From Saccostrea echinata (taxonomy: Eukaryota), in NCBI RefSeq assembly GCF_033153115.1, contig NW_026889759.1:11222001-11286000 (forward strand): a stretch of DNA of 64,000 bases. The letters are read 5' to 3'. The translations under genes were made by a program, and so were the position numbers. Under the pieces are notes generated by a model. The model was not told the DNA's origin, did no database searches, and worked only from the letters and a program-made list of their open reading frames with translations. Numbering within the stretch: position 1 is the stretch's first letter; every line of letters begins with the position of its first letter. Below, in pieces: positions 13,901 to 26,200 of this stretch.

Positions 13901-16038
13901 ATTATGTACCTTATAATGTCTCAAACGTACAAGCTAAAATTTGTGAAAAGCCAGCTTTGGGCTCTTGATGAAATACAAAGTATTAAGTTAAGTCAAAGAA
14001 GAAGAAAGTCGGAATAAATAGCATCAGTCCGACAGAAATATAAAGCTAATGCAAAAATTATAGACGATTGGGGGTATTTATAAAAGATCGTAATATGATA
14101 AATCTAATTATACATACATAAATAAATGTGTATACATCTGTAAAAGTACTGAAGTACTGTAAAAGTACTGAAGTACTCGCATTATTCCTGTTTTACATCC
14201 CTCGGTGTTTACATTTTTTTCATGCTTTACAGATTTTATTCATTATGATAGAGTATTTTTGCATCGGTGTACAAGACATTTTGCAATACATTATGTTGAC
14301 ATGCAAAATATTTTTGTCGACAACATATCAACGTCCTGACAACATGTTCGTCGAATATTTGATTTTGTATCTCTTTGTAATATATCAAAAATATGTATAA
14401 TTATTAATATCTTCTGATTTCTAAACTGCTTTCAGAATGTCAAAAATATATTATTTAAACAAGAATTGTTATATCAGCAATTTAAGGGATTTTCATTAGT
14501 ATTATTTAGGTAATACTCTGGAATCTTGCACAAATGCTTGCTAATGTATCTCAATTTTTGGTGAGGAAACTTGTTAAAGTAGCAATACTTCATTCATTAA
14601 AGTTGCCTGACCTTAAGATTATGAAATGTAGTTGTAAATTAAATGTGACATTTTACTAGCTAGATATAACTTCATTACATGCAAGGTAATATTATAATCA
14701 TATAGCATGGCATGCTAGATATTTTTTAAACATGATTTGTGCCGAAATTCAGCCTATTAAACACATGTCATCTTCTAAGATAATTGTGTCAAATAGCAAC
14801 ATATGTCTACATACAAAATACGTCAACAATCAAGATTCCTAATGGTTCTGTTTACTGAATTAATACATGAAGTTATTAACAAGCAATGAATTACATCAAA
14901 ATAAGACAAGTTAGTGTAAAGGCGCGAGGAGAAGCGTCGTGTTGTAATTTTTTGAATTTACCAGGTGGCAGTAAATACAAAATTTACAACATGAAAACTA
15001 CCACCCGGTAAATTCAAAATTTACATGACAGAAGGTTGTTTATTTTTCGTCCTTGTGTAATGCATATAAACGACTTTATCAATCATGGATGGTTTACTTA
15101 GTTTTAAACAATACAGCATTGACACAATTCATGTTAACAAAAAAACAACAACAAAAAATGAAATATCTCATGTAATGATCATAAATATCTAAATGGGTAA
15201 GGTGCACGTTGACATAATTAAGTTGCAATATTTGCATAATTATTATACATACTGACATGACGAAGTAGCATCTTGAAAGGTAGATGCCACATATGACCAA
15301 TATGTCCTTTTTCAGTGAATTTTATAACTCCTAGTTTTATGTTGTTCGTTGACATAAATACATATAAGCTGCATGTCATCATAATTATCTGGCATAGCAT
15401 TTTCTACATCTTTGCTATGCAGGGTTCCGATCTGTCCCTTTCTTCTTTCAAGTGATAAAGAGTTTTGGTTTGCAAAGATGCATATTTTATATTAAAAAAA
15501 ACAACTAAATTAATAAGTGCAAAAAACATATATCTTCATTGAGAAACCTCAAACTCTTCGAAATGGAATAAAAAAGATCCGAACTCAACCTCATATGTAC
15601 CTTCGCATTAGAAACAAAAAATATTACAATATTGTAGCTAATGGGGGTGTTGCGGACGTTCTCCAGCATGTGCAGATCAACGTTTTGACCAATTCGGACT
15701 GTAGCTGGCGATGGTTGTTCCAGAGCATCCTTTCCACTCATATCTGTGTAGGAGGGGGCTCCGAATCTGCATGCAATGTGAGTCGTTTTTAATCTTTTAA
15801 ATGATTCTTTTTAAATACAAACCCCCAACCAGCAGAATGGAAAGTACCATGGCAATGTAATCATTTATTGTCATTAAATCAGGGCGACTCCGGTGGGCCA
15901 CTGGTTTGTCAGAAGAATGGACAATGGGTCTTGGCCGGTGTGACGTCATGGGGTTCCTCGAACTGTCAGAACATGCCAAACGTCTACACTCGCGTGTCCA
16001 AATACTTATCTTGGATGGATACAAAAATGTCAAACTGA
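7992..16038 (+). CDS. Secreted chymotrypsin/elastase-like S1 serine protease, 262 aa; exons 7992-8025, 12548-12731, 13403-13499, 13693-13870, 15638-15777, 15883-16038
   Basis: All introns are GT-AG with matching phases (789 nt in total). Signal peptide [14 protein letters not shown], activation site FQSR|IVNG, motifs TAAHC, DIALL and SACNGDSGGP (Ser189). AATAAA at 16085. Confidence 0.93.
8129..8454. mobile_element. Kolobok-type MITE in intron 1
   Basis: TTAA at 8125-8128 and 8455-8458. Imperfect TIR AG(TC/CT)ATATATGG(C/T)GTAT. Confidence 0.65.
9292..9311. repeat. (AG)n microsatellite
   Basis: Direct inspection. Confidence 0.9.
10798..10955. mobile_element. Short palindromic element (Crypton-like non-autonomous?)
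   Basis: CATTTATTGAC...GTCAATAAATG arms around a GC-rich centre. Related copy at ~49625-49755. Confidence 0.5.
11900..12195. repeat. Dispersed repeat, inverted homolog of ~49330-49600
   Basis: GATTTAGCTGATCCCGCCC...CCAATATCTCATC...GCGGTCAAACATCG matches the reverse complement of ~49425-49510. Confidence 0.65.
13224..13368. repeat. Palindromic hairpin element in intron 2
   Basis: AGGTCAATACGATG (13240-13253) pairs perfectly with CATCGTATTGACCT (13333-13346), and the arms extend both inward and outward. Confidence 0.75.
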
Positions 16039-16084
16039 ACAACTGTAATTCTTAGAAGAGGATAATCAAGCATCATTCTTTTGC

Positions 16085-16090
16085 AATAAA
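16085..16090 (+). terminator. Polyadenylation signal of the chymotrypsin-like gene
   Basis: AATAAA ~47 nt after the TGA. Confidence 0.6.
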
Positions 16091-17984
16091 CGAGACAAAA
16101 CAATATTTCTTATTTATTTGAAACGTAGTTTTTAAGAACAACAAAGGTCATGTCCTCATTGTTTACCAACATTCTCATGTGTAAAAAAAATCAAAAAAAA
16201 AAAACCCTAAGGATGTCCAATCCCTGGAAGTTTAAATTTGCGACTTTTCAGATCTGCATTGTTGACATTGTGGTTTATCTGTGGTCAGTATTACTAGTAC
16301 TGCATATTATACTAACCGCTTGTCAGGCCATGCATTTTTTTTTTTGAAGATGTAGAGGAAATAAGAAATGCTAAAAATGAGAGATGTACGTCAAAGAAAT
16401 TAGCTTTTTGTAACTCTTCTAGAATTTGATCTTTTGATATATGATTATTTTGATGTACTTCACTAATCCTTCCTTTGAGATAGGATTAACTTTACTCTAA
16501 AATAAACAATAATAAACACAGAAAATACACCAAACTCTATACTGCATATCACAATGAAACGAAACTTCTCATAAATAAACAGCAACAATCGTCCCAAGAT
16601 ACACTACTTGTACACGAAAGGCAGGTATTAATCTTTTATTATTCGTGGCTATTTTTGTTTCTTTGATCTATTTTGGTCAGGATTAGCTTGTCCAGTGTCT
16701 GTTAAGGTGACGACCCCTGTGTGCCATATTCAAAGAGAACTGGTTTATTTACGACAGGAACTCGGTACTGTTACCGAAAAAATGTAGAGCCTAATCAACA
16801 TCAATCAATCTTTGTAGGAAATCTGGGACATAAGCCAGCCTCTGCAAACTAAGTTGTATGAATCGAGATGTCATTCATACAAAACCGACAGAGTAACGTA
16901 ACAAATACTTGTAAAATTTTTTATCTGGGATGGATTTTCTTCATCGATCCTAGATTTTAACTTGTGAAAATCATTATTTAAAATCTCTGGAAAAAAATTA
17001 AGCAATGATATGGTTTATGGATTCTCCAGTGATTTATGGATTATCAAAATATCAAATGATTAAATATAACACATCAAACTTTTGATTCCTGATTGATCTA
17101 TGTACCAGACAGGTTTCGATTTCGTAATAACAGTTTTGCCATGCAAAATAGCATAAAGGATAAAATAGATATTACTGAAAAAGTAACACGTACACTGTAA
17201 ACTCAGAGAACTACAGAAATAATTTCAGAGATAAATAATGATAAGGGAAATATGTTGACAAGTAAAATTAATAAACACCATAATTGCAGTTAATTAAAAG
17301 TGGAAAAAATGAAATGGCATGCGTTGTTGGGAGATTTTTTTTGTAGACCATAGGGTTGTCAAGTCAAGGACAGTGTTTTACCTAAGGCGGCTTCCCAGAA
17401 TAGCTCCAAATCGACCCAAGTCGGTAAATAGAGCGACTGAGAACTACGGCTCACTAGGATTAAGAGATTAACTTCATTAGATTCCTACAACAAAATAATG
17501 GTAGATTATCTAAAGTTTTTATCAAAACAATACCGAGTATCGATTGTTGGGAGTATTAGTTCAGCCATTGGGGAAACGTGAGCCACATTACTTTTCTTAT
17601 TGACAGTTTGAAGAATGTGCTGAAATTTTTAGAGGTACTTAATGTGACAATTAAAATTCTGACTCTGATACGCTTCCTATCCACCACATAATTACTTCCG
17701 CTTTTTATGGGTGCAAAGAGAGCACGTTAAGTATTTCCTATGTCACAGGTCTTGATGAAAGTTAACTTAAAAGATGAAAGTTAGCAATCTGTGACGTATG
17801 GGAGCCATTTAGTTGAAGTGCTAGAAACCACCCTCCCCTCCCTACAAAAATGAAACAGTGCTTCACTGATTGGAAAAAAAAGAAATAATGTAGATTGGAC
17901 ACTTTTAATTCTAATTGTTGGAACACTTGACCTTTCATAAAGGCACACACTAAGTCAATGCAAAAAAAAAAGTAATGTGTATGT

Positions 17985-18689
17985 AGGAGGAGACCCATTG
18001 GCCACAACGCTCACCTGAGTCACCTTTGGCCTGCTATTTTTCAGGATTTTAAGGTTTTCCCCCTCTTTTTCATGAAAATGCTGTGGCCCCATTGTATCCC
18101 TGAGGAACATGCATGATCATTGAATCTGCAATACTTCAAGATGCTTGTGTATTTTAAAAGTGACTTATCATGGCCCTGCTACTCTTGAGGAGAAGATTTT
18201 TGTGGCCCCACTCTACCACCGGTTGCCATGATTTGAACAAACTTGGATTGTCACTACCTGAGGATGCATGCATATTAATAGACTGATCATAGCCCTGCTG
18301 TTCTTCAGAAAATTTGACCTATACATACCCAGTTACTTCGTTTTCTCATTGTGGCCAACCCTATCCATGGGGTCATGATTTCAATAATTTTTCAATCTTC
18401 GAGTAATTTATGTCAGGAGCTTTCAAATAAATTTCTTCTTTTCTGGCCTAGTGGTTCTTGAGAAGATTTTTAAATTACTCCATCCTATATGGAAGGGGAA
18501 CTGGCCTCATATTTAAAAGAAAAACAACTTGAATCCCCTCTATCTAAGGATACTTCGTGCCGAGTTTAATTGAAATTGACCTAGTGGTTCCGGAGAGGAA
18601 GATGAAAATTTGAATATTTTTGGACGACGACAACAATGACAGAAAACGGACAGAAAAGCTTACTTGAGCCTTAAGTTCAGGTGAGCTAA
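17985..18689 (-). mobile_element. HINE element, same family as 5981-7511
   Basis: GGCCACAACGCTCACCTGAG at one end and AGCTTACTTGAGCC..TTCAGGTGAGCTAA at the other, with decayed internal repeats. Confidence 0.75.
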
Positions 18690-20271
18690 TAAAATGGAAA
18701 AAAAGAGTATATACTTTTTTTCTAAATTTTATTGTATTTCTTCGTCTAACCCTGAGAACATCAAAGAAATTTAAAGCATCTTCAAGAACACTTCAGACTT
18801 CAGAGAGTTTATTTGAAATGCATCTAAGTTAGCCATTTTATATCAGTAACAAAAAATTAATTGGAAAATCTTGCATGGATGATTTTTTATTGGGTAAATT
18901 TTCATCCAGAATATACGACCAGGGAAGATGCATGTTTATAGTGATAAAATGAGATCTAGACTTAACAACTATAAGTGTCTGATGATCAACATAAATAAAC
19001 AAAAACAAAGAACATGTAACATAAATGTATCATATAACATGACGTATGATGCTGATATTATGACAATTTTTCATGATTTAAATTTATGTAAACAATGTTT
19101 CTTGGCAGCATATAATGTCAGTGAATTTGTTGTTGAATAACTCCTGGAAAATCCTACAATAAGAACTTTTCAACCTAAAACTAATTAAACAGTTACACCA
19201 GGCCTTGTATGGAGATTTGCGTTGTAATTTCTTTCAAACAATATGCTTGTTTGTCGTACATTAAAAATGTTTAATTTTCAAAAGACTAGAGGCCGTACTC
19301 CTGGATCGTGTATCTTAATTTTATCTGTACTTTTTTTGGCTTTTCTGTTTTAGAATTAGGTAAATTTAGCATTTGTATGAGGAAGGCGATTTTGAATTCA
19401 TCAGCTTTAAACTTAATAAAGAGCAATTCTGGTTCAAAAAACCCTATAGTTTATTGTGTCCAATAACAAAAAATCAAACATTAGCCTAAGTGTGTAAAAC
19501 AAGTGCTAGTACTTGCCGATTCAGCAGCTTCTACGTACTTTCTGTCATGTATTTTGACCTTGTTTAACTGGAAGACCCACATTACCTTTTGTTCTTGAGA
19601 AAATAAAGTCAGGAAAGCCAGAATACTACTACATCTACATATGTTATTTCTGAGTTATTTCAACGTAAAATTTCTTACCGACACATGTTTCTTCAGATCC
19701 AATTACATGTATGAATTTTGCATGAGCTGAGTGATGACCGAATGACTCGCACAGACAAACGGTCAGTGTTGGTCATAAACTTTTACACAACCCTAGCGTT
19801 AACAACTACAATGGGAACATGGTTACATTTATAAATAACAAACATTTTTTTTTTTAAATTTGAGGTTGCAGCCCCCATTTAAGAATTGGTGAGTTTCATG
19901 ACAGACAGACAATAGCAAAGCAAAGGTTCGTTGCTACTGTCACTGATTTATTCAACTATATTATGGACTAGCAGTTAATGATAACGAAAAATGCATATTA
20001 GCTAAAGTATAAATATAGGGGTTGGGTGGATGGGTGTTTAAGCATAATGATCCTGTGTTAAGGTTATGTTTGTATAATTTTTTGACATTAGTTGCTCGTC
20101 AGTAGCAAAAGTAGAGAACTAAAAACAAGTAAGTGAAAATAGCAATGAACCATTGTTATGATTGTCGTACAGGCTGTTCCCCACAAACTCAGCAATTCAC
20201 TTAATTAACGTCCGTGGACTTAGAACTTAAAATACTGTGTGCGTATCATACTCAATAACAATACACTTTCA

Positions 20272-23200
20272 CTATAAATCTTTTGAAATATTTTTAACAA
20301 TCCATCGATAGAATTTACTGACGTCTGTGTAAATTCCAAACTTCCGCTTCTGTCCACAACCTTCACCATAACTAGTGACACCATTTACATACCACTTCCT
20401 ATTATAGAGACCACGTGACTTGACACAAAGTAATGGTCCACCGCTGTCACCAGTACAAGCGTCTTTCTGGCCTTTTGAATAGCCTGCACACAGCTGAGAG
20501 CTTGTAACTCTAAAGGAAAATGCTTTTTTGCACTTCTTTTTCTTTACTATCGGAACTTGAACTTCATATAATACTTTATTGTTATGAGGTGCTGTTATAT
20601 TTGTTTTACCCCAACCAAGGGTACTACATAATGTCCCTGCTTTCACTCTAAATTTTTTACCCTTTTTGGGTATGCACGCATATCCTGTACTATTTGAAAT
20701 GTGCACAGGTTTGGAAAGTTTGAGAAGAGCAATGTCATTTGCAACTAATGCGTAGTTAAATTTTGGATGCGGCAGATATCGACTGACGCTGATATCCTTT
20801 TCTGTACCTTCTCGAACATCTGTATCATGTTCGCCAACGCGAACAAGTACTTTTCGCTTTCTTCCCTTTTTTACGATGCAGTGGGCAGCGGTCAATACCC
20901 AGCGTGGAGAAATCAAAGTTCCACCACAAAAGTGTCGCTTCCTTTTTGTTAGAATCTCAACCTAAATAGATAAAATAGCATGTATAGTATAACCATCTCC
21001 TTAAGTTTATATGTATACAATAGGATAGGAAAATTACGTGTAACTTACCTGCCAGGGCCAGCTATGTGGAATACTCTCGTGTCCTCCCACAATGCGAGGG
21101 GATCTTGTGTTAGGTCTTATTCCACAGACACTTTGCAAACCCTTTAAAGTCTTAAGTTTGTCTAGATTTGAAGAAAAAGGCACATTTAATTTATATTGAG
21201 ATAATTATGTGTTCGTTAATGTTTTATCCACTGAATAATTTGATTTGGCTACAAAATAAGAATCTGATTTACTACCTTGTCTATTTTTTGGTCGATTTTT
21301 AACATATAATGACATTATCTTGTTGCACTTGGAAGTACTCTTGCAAGATTTTTCTTCCTCCAAAAATCCTCCTGTGCAGATATCAGTCTTGCACTTCCGG
21401 CGACGCCTCGTTTTGCAATCACCGCTGCATGCTGTCCACGCTGTCCAAGAATGATAGAAAATGTCATATAAACGATCCTCTATTCTTCTATTTCGTAAAC
21501 TAGAACCAATAATCTTAAATGAATGATCAGGACATTGCCGGGTACGGTGTTTGCATGATTGTTTTTCTTTGAATCTTGATTTTCCGCAGACGTCTTTTTT
21601 GCGACATTTGCGCATGCGCGTCTGCATGCAGTTTCTATTGCATTTCGACCAAGTTGTCCACTGAGTGTAGAAATCGCAAAATATTTTCTCTGGAAAAGGA
21701 GACTTTGATGTCGTGTTTGAAAAAAATTCATCCTTCGTTGAATTATTATTCACTGTTGCATTGCTAATGGTTGAGGCAAAATTGTTCGTGGCCTACAACG
21801 ACAGAAAATACATGATGTACTTCATAGAAAAAGACTATCATAAAAAAACCATTTGGATAAACTAAATTAAACGATCTTTGTGTCTGATTAAATTCTTAAT
21901 TTAGCGAACCAAAAATTTTGCAAGATATGATTTCATGCTACGAATTTATTCATGTTTATTTATAGGTAATTAATTTATAACAGATTCTAGTTTGTCAAAT
22001 AAAATCTTCAATAATAGTGCTGGAGGAATATATATTAAACATTTAATAATTCGGTAGAAAATCAGACTGTGGAATAAATGCAGTGCTTATGTCTATGTCG
22101 AGAATCTAATGCAGAGCAAAATACATGTATGTTAATATGTATCTGGATTTTTTTTTTAAATATATAAAAATAATGTAAGTATATACCTTAAGAAAACGGG
22201 ATGTTATCGGTTTCATTGTACAATGTAATGATGAAGTTGTTTTATATCAGGGATAAAACTCTATTAGTTTAAACTTAAAATAGTTTGTGAATAATTGGTG
22301 CACACATAATTGTTTTCTTCCCATAGGAAAAAATAACACCTTCCACCAAAATTTTTAAAAAAAATATAGCGTAAAAAACATATATATTTACAAAGACTCC
22401 ATTTCAAATGAGGTCTTATGCATAATAGGAAAAAAGATTTAAACAGTAAACTTTTAATCAAAACTTTTCCTTGAATTCCCTTACAACCGGCGATATAATT
22501 GTTGTCAGTCTGCGACATTCGGAGGTTACTCTATTTTATAATAACGGCTAAAGTTGTACGTGTAATTGCTTTTCCATCGAAATTTGACAACCGAAATGTT
22601 ATGAAATATGCAACCCTGTGTTATATTCTCATCTAAAATTCTTTAGTCAAATCAGACAAAAACTGATGGAGGATTAGGTTCTGAAAGCTTACAGAGACGG
22701 AGATGGACAGCCAGACTGACTTAACCTCAAGCTAAAACTTACCAATTATATCGGCATGAAATAAAGGATATTTATAGCTATAAATAATAAAATCATTCTA
22801 CCTCGACAAAGATAACAATTTCAAGAATTAATGACATAACCCGTGTTAAACAAATGATAATGCATGAAGTTCTAATTCCAATGATTATCCCAGACAAAGA
22901 GATACAATCTGTGCAGTACTTTCATTCATTCAATCTACATATAAAGACATTAATGACATAAAAATTACCAAACAAACGATTCCAGTCATCCTTATCTACC
23001 ACTGGGAAAGAATTCAGAATCAGTTAAGCGCTATCTTGTCATTGTGGTAACCTGAAGTCTGAAAAGGCTTTCAAGGACCCCACTGGCCATTGTCTTTCAT
23101 TCTTATTCTCTGATAGTTTGAGCACGAAAAGAGGGTGATGTAGAGTTAAATATTTAATAAATCCTGGACTGTCATATCTTCAACTTATGTAACGTTCGTC

Positions 23201-26200
23201 ACTTGTTTTGTGTGATATGCCTTTAATTATGGATCGGACTTTTATTGATAAGGCATGCATTGTGTAAAATTTATCGCAGAATTTACAAGTCTGGTATTTA
23301 AATTTTTGCTTCATCTCCACCCAACTTCATTTCAGTTTTTTTTTTTGGAACTATCCATCGTAAAGCTTATATCCATTTTTTTAAAATTACAAATCCATCA
23401 AATTTGCATGTAACATTGGTTCGTTTTTAGCAGCAGATTTAATTCATCTATGGTGTACCAGGTAGCATTTTGCCATCTGTGTTTCTGTCTGTCGTCCATT
23501 AACCTTTGAACATTTTTAGGTTCTTCTTTTTATCGACTGAACCAATTTCAACCATTTTTTTTGGTTATACCAGTAAAACATCTATGAACTATGAACTGCA
23601 TGGTCTCTGCCTCCCTGGGGCCTAAGGGATGTGGCCAAAACTATGGAAAACGAAAACAGTCAAACTCTTGGCATGATTATAATTAGCAATTAGCCCTATA
23701 CGACAAAATGTGAAACTTGTGATCCCTAGTTTCAGACCCCCGATTGATGCTAATTGGTCTTATTCTTTGAAAAAATCATCATATCTTTTAAAATCCTCTT
23801 TTCTACTGGACATCAAGCTGTCAAACTATTAACAGCGCTGTGATTAGCAATTGGCCCTTTACCAAAACTGTGAAATTCAGGACCCCTTGATTCACTGGGA
23901 TGTTCATATTCTATCGTAGAGAATCTTTTTCTTTGCTCCTGGACATGAAGGTAGCTAACTTTGGGCATTATTCTTCAGGTCACAGGGAGGGACTGAGTTG
24001 TATATTAAAAATACATTAGATTGTTACTTCTGACATCCAGTAGGCAAAATATTTGCATGATGATAATGAGCAACTAGTGCTTAACCGGATTTTGAAATTT
24101 GTATCTCTAGGTTCAGAATTTATGCTCCATTGTGGGAGCATCGTGGTTGGTCACGTAATGAAAATTCACACAGCGCTTCTTTTCAAAATCTTATTTATCC
24201 ATGGACATTTAGCATGCAAAATGGATGCATGGTGGCTTAAAGCTACATGTTTACATGTATCCTTTGACACATTTGTGAAATGTGTGTCTCCAAAGCTACA
24301 TGTAATCCCCAAGGGTAGGTTAAAACTTGTTTCCAAAGGTACATTTCTAAAATCAGAAATTATCAATTCCGAGACCTTCAACTGGTGCAATTATTAGCTG
24401 GTATAGTTTTTGTGAAACCTTTGGCAACATTTTCTAAAGTGCAACATATCTGCTTCCCCGATTTAGTTACACTTCATGCATTTTATTTTAGATAATTGGT
24501 TTTCATAATATCCGAAAAGATTATTTTATTATTTAATAAGAAAAGAAAGAAAAACAAAGAAAAGAAGAGCTAGGATTTTGGAGGCCCAGGAACCTTTAAG
24601 GACATTAAGCTACATGTTTAGAGAAAACTAACATTATCTCGTAACTTAAACTGTTGAGACATTTGCCAAACGTACTGAACCTAGAGGAATATAATTTCAA
24701 GTGATTTTATAGGCAAGATTCAGTACTTTCTGGAATACAGCCAACAAATGACTAAGTTTGAGTTTGTAACTAAATTACAGGTATCTTCGGTCTACTTTCT
24801 TTGCTGAACTGGCTTATCAAGTCCTTGCACAGATTCTTTGAGTTACAATATTATGCAAATAAAAGGAATGTAAACTTAAAGAGGCTGGGGGGTTGTGGCC
24901 ATTTTTATACTATATTGATCTCCTTTAGAAGAAGAGCTCCATATGAAGATATAGAAAATGATCAAATTTTAAAACTAAAATTTTTGAAATTTTTCTTTGC
25001 CAAATGATAGTTGACAGCTTAAGATATCATATCTAAAAAATTAAGTTAAATCTGGTGGTTAATTTGTTGACCCCCCAGCCTCCTTAAGGTGAGTTCAAGT
25101 CATTGCCATGTATATGTAATAAAGTGCAGTGTTAAAAGCTATCATATATTAAAACTGTGCAATTATTGCTGATGTGAACAAAGAATATGTGCGATTTAGG
25201 GAAAAGAGCAGGGCCTTATTACAACGTAAAATCTGTTTTATGAACTTGGCACAGAACTTCTTTATCTAAGACTGGAAGAACTCCAAGTGTAAGCACTGCT
25301 TGTAATGTCAGATTTTTAAAATATATTCGCACAAAAATAAAAACAGTAAAAATTGTGTAATTTGCTGAAGGAAATTCTTTTAAAGAGACACCGTGACGAA
25401 AAAAGGAGAAAATTGACAAAAGAATTTTTGCATGACACATGCAAATTTTGTGCAATTCTTAAAGATACTAGGTTTCAGAAAATTACACATTTCAAAACCT
25501 AAAAAATCTACTTTTATGGAGAAAAATAAAAGTGAAAATAAGTTTTATTTGCCCCACAGAAAAATATTGCTTCACTTCTTCCTCTTTATTCTACGCATGC
25601 GCAGAAAAGTTGAAGAATTTACCATGGTGCCAATTCCATAGATATAAATGTCGGATGACCGAGGGTTTTCATACAATCTTCAATAAAGATGATCAGAACT
25701 TATTCCTCACTTTTGCTTGCTCCAATTCAATGTTGTTTGCAAGTTTCACGCTAAGAATAAAAGAACGCATGACCTTGACATTGTTGACATTGACGATAAC
25801 AAATAAGTGATAGATACAACCTTTGTTTTTCCGGCACATTTTGCAGTTCTTTTCTTGCTTTACAGTGCAATTGAGCTGTCAAAACTTCGCTTTATTCATA
25901 TTTCACATAAATCTTTTGTTTTATGATACAATTATTTTAAAAGAAACGCGTGGTTTTGACTCATTATGTAACTTTAATTTGCTCATGTTTGCTAATTAAT
26001 GTATTATTGAAGAATAACACATTGATAGTAAGCACAAATAAAGAAAAACAATATTTCTACCGCCACTTTTCTTTGGCTTTTTAAACATATAATATCAATT
26101 AACAACAATGGTTATAAACGCATTTACAATGCAAGTGACAAGATTTTCTCCATAAAACCTAAGAAAAGTTCCATCACCTAGAATATGAATCTTGTCCTGT

